Made by a program: the position numbers and the translations under genes. The notes below the pieces were generated by a model that was given only the letters and a program-made list of their open reading frames with translations, ran no database searches and was not told where the DNA came from. A stretch of 64,000 bases of DNA from a virus: the IMG/VR virus record IMGVR_UViG_3300045988_184146, one strand, 5' to 3'. Positions 57,342 through 64,000 of this stretch are shown here, piece by piece; positions within the stretch are counted from its first letter, which is position 1, and every line of letters begins with the position of its first letter.

Positions 57342-59312
57342 ATGAAAAAAAACAAACAGGAGCTTATCAATTCCTATTCAGATAAGGATACGAATCACTT
57401 AGAGCCCCTAAAACATATTTTTTATAAGCCAACAATGTATCTTGGTAGTACAGAGACTCCTCAACATACGATTGAGGAAGCTTTGATGAACTCCATTGAT
57501 GAGGCGAAAATTGGGGTTGCCGAACATATTATCATCACATTTCACTCAGATGATTCCTTTTCGGTTCAAGACGATGGGCGTGGTATTCCATACGAATATT
57601 CTGAAAAATATAAACAACCAACAATGCGAGCCCTTTTTACTTTACCAAATACAGGAAAGGCTTTTGCCGGACACAACGATGGATCATCTCAGCACGGTGT
57701 TGGTATGAAGGCGGTTGTTGCAACATCAGATTGGTTTGAGGTTCAATCATTCAGAAAAGGTAAGACTGCAATTGATCGTTACGAGCTTCACGGAGATAAT
57801 CCGGGAGTCCCGGTTATAAAACTTAATAAAAACGGCTCTCTTCCTCTGAAAAAAATTCAGAAAGGAGAGCCAGAGCACGGAACAATCGTTCGATGGAAAC
57901 CTTCTCTAGAAGTATTCGATAAAATATCCGTCAATAAAAGAAGAGTTGAAGAACTTGCTCACCGACTCGCATATTTAAATCCAGGATTGAAACTGACTGT
58001 TATTGATGAGGATCGTGATTCTAGAAAGGATTATCTTGAATTAGGAGGAATTTCATCTTTAGTAGAAGATTTGGCTAAAAGCGCAGACTCTAATCTGATT
58101 ACGCCAGTTTATCTTTTTAAAGGGATGTATGTATCTCAGTCAAACGGCAAGAAAAAAACTGAGTCTATCATCAAAGCAGAAGTTGCATTCGCTTGGAGTG
58201 ATAATACTATTAAGAACGACCTGTTATTTACAAACAATGTTCCCAATCCTCTTGGCGGAACTCCTATTGTAGGAGCACACAAAGGCTTTGTTAATTTAAT
58301 CAATAAATATGCAAATGATTTGAATATTACTAAAGAAAATCTTGAGGGGCGTGATATCATCCCGGGATTAGTTCTTGTTATATCATTGACTCACCCATCA
58401 CCAAAATTTGACGGGCAAGCTAAAAAAGAAATCACATCAAGTGACGCATTGACCGCCTTATCTTCAATCGTTTTTGTTGATTCTCAAGCCGTTATAGATA
58501 GAAATATTGACGGTATTCGTGATGTTGTAACTTTAGCTTTAAAGAGAGCAAACGAACGGAAGAGATTACAAGAGGATAACTACGAGCTTAAAGGTAAAGA
58601 AGTAAATCGAATGGTTCTAAAGAAACTTTCCGATTGTGATATCAAGGGGTACGGAAAAAATTCTGAGTTTTTCATAGTAGAGGGGGATTCTGCTGGTGGT
58701 TCGATAAAAGAACGGAAGGATCCAACTTTCCAAGCAATGCTACCAATTCGTGGTAAGATTATTAATGTTATAAAAGCTACACCAGAAAAAGTTTTTGCTA
58801 ATAACGAGTTTGCTGCTATTTTTAAGGCTCTTGGTTGTGGAATTAATGCTAAATTTGACATCAAAAAGCTAAATTATGATAGAATTATTATTGCTACCGA
58901 CCAGGACGCTGATGGCGCTGCGATCAGTTGCTTAATACTTTCATTAATACTAAAATTCACTCCAGAATTAATCAAACAAGGACACGTTTATCGGGTTCTT
59001 ACTCCACTTTTCGTTAACAAACTTAAAAATGGTGATGTTCATTACACTTATTCAAATAAAGAACAAGAAGAGTTCTTGTCTAAGGCAAAAAATAAAAAGA
59101 ATGTTATTAATACAAGCCGAAACAAAGGGCTCGGAGAACTTTTTGATGAAGAGGTTGACTCTGCTATCTTAAATCCAGCAACAAGAAGACTGATTCAATT
59201 CCAGATGGACGATGATAACATCGAAGAATGTTACGATATTGTTGAAAAAATGATGGGTTCTCGTACAGACGATCGCCAAGCTATTTTCTTTGACGAAAAG
59301 TTATATCAATAA
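57342..59312 (+). CDS. type IIA DNA topoisomerase, ATPase/Toprim (B) subunit, GyrB/ParE-like
   Basis: GHKL ATPase N-terminus (PTMYLGS, DDGRGIP), Toprim EGDSAGGS and ATDQDADGA; no A-subunit gene adjacent. Confidence 0.85.
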   Translation: MKKNKQELINSYSDKDTNHLEPLKHIFYKPTMYLGSTETPQHTIEEALMNSIDEAKIGVAEHIIITFHSDDSFSVQDDGRGIPYEYSEKYKQPTMRALFTLPNTGKAFAGHNDGSSQHGVGMKAVVATSDWFEVQSFRKGKTAIDRYELHGDNPGVPVIKLNKNGSLPLKKIQKGEPEHGTIVRWKPSLEVFDKISVNKRRVEELAHRLAYLNPGLKLTVIDEDRDSRKDYLELGGISSLVEDLAKSADSNLITPVYLFKGMYVSQSNGKKKTESIIKAEVAFAWSDNTIKNDLLFTNNVPNPLGGTPIVGAHKGFVNLINKYANDLNITKENLEGRDIIPGLVLVISLTHPSPKFDGQAKKEITSSDALTALSSIVFVDSQAVIDRNIDGIRDVVTLALKRANERKRLQEDNYELKGKEVNRMVLKKLSDCDIKGYGKNSEFFIVEGDSAGGSIKERKDPTFQAMLPIRGKIINVIKATPEKVFANNEFAAIFKALGCGINAKFDIKKLNYDRIIIATDQDADGAAISCLILSLILKFTPELIKQGHVYRVLTPLFVNKLKNGDVHYTYSNKEQEEFLSKAKNKKNVINTSRNKGLGELFDEEVDSAILNPATRRLIQFQMDDDNIEECYDIVEKMMGSRTDDRQAIFFDEKLYQ

Positions 59313-59375
59313 TTTTTTTAAAATAACGTACAATAGAATCAGAGAATAAAATCCAAAAAATAAGGAGAAAATTAA

Positions 59376-60524
59376 GTGCTTTTTATTATTACAGAAAATA
59401 AAGATATTTTAAATAAAACCCTACCATTCGTGGATGAACTTTCAATTGTTTATTCAAGAAGTGTTAAAGAATTAACAGATTATAGAATTGTTCAATCAGA
59501 AGATGTGGTTCTTCTTGCTAACGGCGAAACTGTAAATTCTAACGTTCGAAAGAAATTTCCTGAACAAACAACACTAATTGATCTTGGTAAAAACGGTGGT
59601 GTGGAAAATTTAGATCTTGCATACTTATTCATCAAGGTTCTTGGTAGACCTCGTTTGGGTGCATATTTACACGATCAAGGCAACCTTCTGAACTCTGTTG
59701 TTGTAGACCCAAAAAATAAAATTGAAGTGGTTTCGGCTGTCAATATTGCAGAAGATAAAAATGTAACTGTTGAAGAAAATAACAAAAAAGTTAAATCTAA
59801 ACCTGTTGCAAAAAAAGAGTCTGTTAAAAAAGCAGAAGAAAAGCTTCCAGTTGAGAAAAAACCGGAAATTAGAATTGAAACAATTGAAGAAGAAGTTCCT
59901 ATTAAACCAAAAAGAAAACACCTAGTAGATACTGAATTGGAAGGTGTGCAAGAGCAACTTCTTTCTGAAGGTGTTCCGGGTATGGCAGTTCGTAATGTCG
60001 AAGTTACTTATACTGACGGTGTTGAAACTGGACGCAAGATTCTTCGTGATACGTTTAAAGTTATTAAGGAACCTGTTCCTGCAAAATATATCGTTTCTGC
60101 TGAAAAGGATCGTATGACACCACCAAATCAAAAATACTTTGAAAAGGATTTGGCTCGCCCAGTAGCTCCAAAGAGTGAAAAAAAGGCTCCAGTCAAACAA
60201 AACACAAATAAACCTGTAAAAGCAACAAAAATTGCCGCAAATAGACTAGGTTCTTCAATCGCAAAAGATGAAAAACTAAAAGATATCACTGAAGAAATCC
60301 CAACTTTTGTAGATGAAACAAAGAGTTCTTCAGAACAAGAACAATCAAACGATTTTCCAACATTTGTTGATGTAACTGCTCCAGAAAAGGCAGATTCAAA
60401 ACAAGATGATGAGTTTCCGACATTTGTAGATGTTGATTCTGAATCTGGAAACAAAACAGATACAAATGAAGATGATTTCCCAACATTTGAGGATGGTATT
60501 CCTTCAATGTTTCGCACTAACTAA
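59376..60524 (+). CDS. hypothetical protein with Lys/Glu-rich linker, G5-like segment and four C-terminal (D/E)FPTFVD repeats
   Basis: GTG start after AAGGAGAAA; repeats at residues about 310-375. Confidence 0.7.
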   Translation: MLFIITENKDILNKTLPFVDELSIVYSRSVKELTDYRIVQSEDVVLLANGETVNSNVRKKFPEQTTLIDLGKNGGVENLDLAYLFIKVLGRPRLGAYLHDQGNLLNSVVVDPKNKIEVVSAVNIAEDKNVTVEENNKKVKSKPVAKKESVKKAEEKLPVEKKPEIRIETIEEEVPIKPKRKHLVDTELEGVQEQLLSEGVPGMAVRNVEVTYTDGVETGRKILRDTFKVIKEPVPAKYIVSAEKDRMTPPNQKYFEKDLARPVAPKSEKKAPVKQNTNKPVKATKIAANRLGSSIAKDEKLKDITEEIPTFVDETKSSSEQEQSNDFPTFVDVTAPEKADSKQDDEFPTFVDVDSESGNKTDTNEDDFPTFEDGIPSMFRTN

Positions 60525-60538
60525 AGGAGGTGGTCTTT

Positions 60539-61546
60539 TTGACAGCTAAGGGAAGTAGAGAAGGACTATCAAAAACCCTTCCTTTTTGGTTAATTGAAAA
60601 GAATGAACATAGAAAGGAAGATTATTACTTCAAACTATTATTTCAAGATATCGTAACAATGAATTTTTCAATCCCTGGAATTGTTGAAGAGGGTGAAGTT
60701 GTAGCTGTTATTGATACAGACGGTGGGCAAGCTATTGTTCCAGCAAAAGAATTTTCTGTTGTGAAGAAATTGAATCATCGTATTCTAGGAAAGGTTTTGT
60801 CAGGTTACTTAAAAGAAATCATTCCTGTAGAATATGAGGATGGCACAACTGAAAAAATTGCAATTTTTAGTACAAAAGAGTATGAAAAACGATCCAGAGA
60901 AAAGCTTATCGAAGAATTGAAAGAAAAAGATACAGTTATCGCTGAAGTGATTGGTTTTACAGATTACTCTGTTATTCTATTTTGGAAAGGGATTCGATTT
61001 GAATTATTTAACAAGGATATTGTTGGTAAGGGAAATACTATTAATGTAAATCTCTTAATTCAAACGGGCGATAAATTACCGGTTAGATTGAAAAAGGTTG
61101 CTAAAAATGGCAAGCTCATTCAGGTTGTAGCTGTTAATAAATTGAATGATCCTGTTTATACAAAAGAATTTAACGAATCTGAAATTAAAGAAGACGATGA
61201 GTTTACTGGTGTAGTTACAGAACGTAACGAACAAGAAATTAAAATTAAAATCGGTAGAAACTCTGGTGAGGATGGTAGAAGTAAGTACGAAATTATCGTT
61301 AAATCGAAGTTTCCACATCCTGCTATCAAGGATCAAGTTTTCGAAGATCAGATTGTTAGGGTTAAGATCAAAAAAGTATTTAAGAATGAGAAAAAGAATA
61401 AGGTGATTATCACTGGTTATATCGTTTCAGTATTTTCTCACTATATCGATGACGCTATTATTCAATTCCGCTCAGATGTTGAATATGAATTGAATAGACT
61501 TCAGGCTTTAGAAAAAGAACAAATTGAGTTAGAAGGGGAGGCATAA
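60539..61546 (+). CDS. hypothetical protein with repeated S1/OB-fold-like segments
   Basis: TTG start 8 nt after AAAGGAGG; motifs GEVVAVIDTDGGQAIV, VIAEVIGFTDYSVIL. Confidence 0.6.
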   Translation: MTAKGSREGLSKTLPFWLIEKNEHRKEDYYFKLLFQDIVTMNFSIPGIVEEGEVVAVIDTDGGQAIVPAKEFSVVKKLNHRILGKVLSGYLKEIIPVEYEDGTTEKIAIFSTKEYEKRSREKLIEELKEKDTVIAEVIGFTDYSVILFWKGIRFELFNKDIVGKGNTINVNLLIQTGDKLPVRLKKVAKNGKLIQVVAVNKLNDPVYTKEFNESEIKEDDEFTGVVTERNEQEIKIKIGRNSGEDGRSKYEIIVKSKFPHPAIKDQVFEDQIVRVKIKKVFKNEKKNKVIITGYIVSVFSHYIDDAIIQFRSDVEYELNRLQALEKEQIELEGEA

Positions 61547-61547
61547 T

Positions 61548-62522
61548 TTGGCTATCAAAACATCTGAGATTAATCTTGATTATTTCAAAATCAAAGATAA
61601 TCTATTTCAAACATTTAAAAACCCAGGATTTTCATTCCGTTCTGTTGCAAACGTTGATATTGCACGAAAAATGCAAGACGGCAAAATTAGTCGTGACGTT
61701 GTTGAATTGATTAAATTTGTATTTCAGGTTAGATTTGCAACACACGATCAAATTTCTCGTGGAATTGGGAAGGAAGTTTCTGATAAAACAATCGATGAAC
61801 TTGTTAGATTGAAGTATCTTAATGTGTTCACATTGGGAGAATTTCAAGAAGAACATTATTCTGCAAAAGAGAGCGACCTAAAAATTTACGTTCTTGATTT
61901 TGCTGGAATTTACGTCTTGAATTACGAGGGTGTTGATACTTCCAACTGGAGATACACCGATTACTTCAAATCTTCACGTGTTATCCGTAACAACTTGGTT
62001 CAAGGTGAGGTTGTTATTGCTTTTCGTAACCTTAGACAACTTCGTATCCGTGAATACAAAGAAAATCCAGAATTTCGTATCGGACAGACTGAAGTTAATA
62101 CAGACTTTAGTTTCTCTTTAGCTCAACCAGATGAGGGAAGTTTACCTCTTAACTTTATTGGGTTTATTTCTGAGAATGGTTATGAGGATCTTAACTTATC
62201 TGATCGCTTACGTAAAGTTAATAGTGTATTCCACGAAACAAAAGCTGGTCTCAAGTACTATCCACTTGGCCAACAAACATTGCCAATCTTGATGGTTATC
62301 GCCCAAACGTCGACTGACACTGCACACATCAAGCGTACAGCAGAAGTCGTTGGTAGAACAACAGACTATGCAGGAACTCAATGTATCATCATCGGCTACG
62401 ATGAGCTAGTTGCAAAAGGGTTTGCTGGAAGTCGATTGTTTGTAATTCGAACAAACGAAGATCCTAATTTAGGTATCAAAAATGTTCAAGTTGGAATTGC
62501 TGAAAATAAAATTCTTTTATAG
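61548..62522 (+). CDS. hypothetical protein (324 aa)
   Basis: TTG start 2 nt after previous stop; GGGGAGG SD. Confidence 0.7.
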   Translation: MAIKTSEINLDYFKIKDNLFQTFKNPGFSFRSVANVDIARKMQDGKISRDVVELIKFVFQVRFATHDQISRGIGKEVSDKTIDELVRLKYLNVFTLGEFQEEHYSAKESDLKIYVLDFAGIYVLNYEGVDTSNWRYTDYFKSSRVIRNNLVQGEVVIAFRNLRQLRIREYKENPEFRIGQTEVNTDFSFSLAQPDEGSLPLNFIGFISENGYEDLNLSDRLRKVNSVFHETKAGLKYYPLGQQTLPILMVIAQTSTDTAHIKRTAEVVGRTTDYAGTQCIIIGYDELVAKGFAGSRLFVIRTNEDPNLGIKNVQVGIAENKILL

Positions 62523-62620
62523 AATGAAACAGGCACTCAGAATGATGAGTGCTTTTTCTTAACTTTTTGCAAAGCTATAATATACTAAAATAAGATAAAA
62601 AGTCTAAAAGGAGAGATAAA

Positions 62621-63043
62621 TTGCAAGAATTAAAAGAAAGGGGTAATGACCGATTTAATATATTGGTTTTACATCCAGATAATTTTAAGTTATTAGTTAG
62701 TCGTGGTTTTATAAAAGAGATCGGTAACATTACATTCCTTTACGATAAATACACAAATCTTTGGTATTTGGTTAACTCCGATTTTCATTGCGTATCGGTC
62801 CCTACTAATGTTAGAAATAATAAGCTATGGTATGTATTTAGAACAAAGAAGAAAATGTTTGGCGGGCGAAAATATTCACCAAAACCACCTGAGAATGTGA
62901 TTGAATTATCAGATGATCAGGTTTGGAGTATTGCTCAACAAATTCTTCAATCAGACTATACTTTTAAAGATGTTTATGAAGCTCTCAAAGGACAGTTAGG
63001 TTTGGGGGAATACACTCTCCCAGATAAGGATGGAGGAAAATGA
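62621..63043 (+). CDS. hypothetical protein (140 aa)
   Basis: TTG start after AAAGGAGAG SD. Confidence 0.65.
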   Translation: MQELKERGNDRFNILVLHPDNFKLLVSRGFIKEIGNITFLYDKYTNLWYLVNSDFHCVSVPTNVRNNKLWYVFRTKKKMFGGRKYSPKPPENVIELSDDQVWSIAQQILQSDYTFKDVYEALKGQLGLGEYTLPDKDGGK

Positions 63044-64000
63044 AAAAAAACGAAGATACAAAAGATACAAACGTTGTTAACTCCGTTGATCAAAATAATG
63101 ACGTAAATAACAATGATGATGAAATGTCAACTCTTAAGCAGTTAAAGGAAAAAAGTGTTAAATTTCTAAAAACTACAAAAGGTAAGATTGTTTACGGAGT
63201 TGGTATAGCAAGTGTTATTTTAGGTGGTATTTTCTTTTACAATCACTATGAAAATACAAAGCCAATCGGAAATGGCGATACAGTTGTAACCAGCCAGGAT
63301 AACTCAAAAGATAAGCGTGGTCGTGATGTAAGAGCGAAAGATGTTCTTGCAGTTCAGGCGGATGGTAGTAAATCTAACGACCGTGGGTTTAAGTACCTAT
63401 TTGAGTCTCCGATTGCGGCAGGAATTGAGGCTTTTGATAAAAAAGATAAAGATGAGTTTATTGGGTCTTCCAATTTTATTAAAAATATGATAACATTGTT
63501 AACAACGAAAGATATCGGTGATGTAAACTCGGCGGCCGCACTTTATGCTAGAAACGCTTCAAACTATAAGTTCACAACCGATGATAATGTGATTGCGGTT
63601 GGTATCGGTCGTGACGCAACGTTGTTTTACAATTATTTAAAAAATACTGAAGGAACATCTACTTCGGGACGACTAGAGTTAGAGAGACGCTTTGCTAGTA
63701 AGTTTAAAGAGCGTATTGCGACACCATATTCCGGGATCGCCATCGCAAGCAATCTCTCAACATCTGGTTTGGAGGCTCTAGTTGAGGATGATATTTCAAC
63801 TGCAATAGTTGGTCAAGTTCAATTTATCGGTTCTAAGCAATTCAAAAATTACGATGATGTTGTTCAAAATTCAAAAAAAATTAATATAGAAACAACTTAT
63901 AAAAATGCAACCCTAGACGCTTGGAACTCAATCAAGAATATAAATTCAGTTTACGAAGTTTATCTAAAAGATTTGAGTAACGGTCGTGATGTGTTAGGCG
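63041..64000 (+). CDS. hypothetical membrane protein, 3'-truncated by window end
   Basis: ATG overlapping previous stop (ATGA); open to end of window; TM IVYGVGIASVILGGIFFY. Confidence 0.6.

Noticed and set aside
60530-60538. GTG at 60530 as start of the S1-like protein
   Set aside because: It directly abuts the AGGAGG SD with zero spacing. The TTG at 60539 has 8-nt spacing and is preferred.
1-64000. Possibility of a Mycoplasma/Spiroplasma-type genetic code (TGA = Trp)
   Set aside because: Long ORFs (up to 829 aa) are intact under the standard code and terminate at TGA as well as TAA/TAG. No run of in-frame TGAs was seen inside conserved domains.
1-64000. CRISPR arrays, rRNA or tRNA genes
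   Set aside because: No regularly spaced direct repeats with unique spacers were found. The many palindromes are single hairpins (terminators or 5'UTR stems). No region has rRNA-like GC or conservation. The TCGACTCCTGGGTTAGGAGTTGA hairpins were considered as tRNA T-arm-like but lack acceptor and anticodon arms.

Overview
Low-GC window (about 30% GC, standard genetic code, TGA is a stop) with SD-dependent translation (AGAAAGAAGG-type RBS) and an intrinsic terminator after almost every gene. Most of the roughly 65 genes are family-less hypothetical proteins organised into at least eight local paralogue families. Recognisable genes:
- Four tandem cell-wall-anchored surface proteins (signal peptide, Pro/Lys/Thr/Glu wall-spanning repeats, vWA and G5 domains, C-terminal (A/P)V(K/E)TG sorting signal with hydrophobic stretch and KKRK tail).
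- Thymidylate kinase, guanylate kinase, a flotillin/SPFH protein, a RecD2-type helicase, and a type IIA topoisomerase B subunit (GyrB/ParE-like) with no A subunit next to it.
- A Toprim-domain primase-like protein.
- Three tnpA-less IS200/IS605-type TnpB elements: two near-identical inverted copies bracketing a 6.3-kb island, and a third distinct copy inside a tandem paralogue array.

No rRNA, tRNA or CRISPR array was seen.

The most striking non-coding signals are:
- A pervasive, highly uniform expression module found before at least 25 genes on both strands: terminator T-run, TATAAT(T/A)(T/A)AAGAAA, then a 5'UTR hairpin whose sequence covaries between genes, then AGAAAGAAGG, then the start codon.
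- A two-copy structured RNA element carrying a perfect TTGACA-17-TATAAT promoter: one copy is a standalone sRNA-like unit, the other an attenuator-containing leader.

The replicon type (chromosome of a reduced-genome Gram-positive versus a large mobile or viral replicon) cannot be settled from sequence alone.
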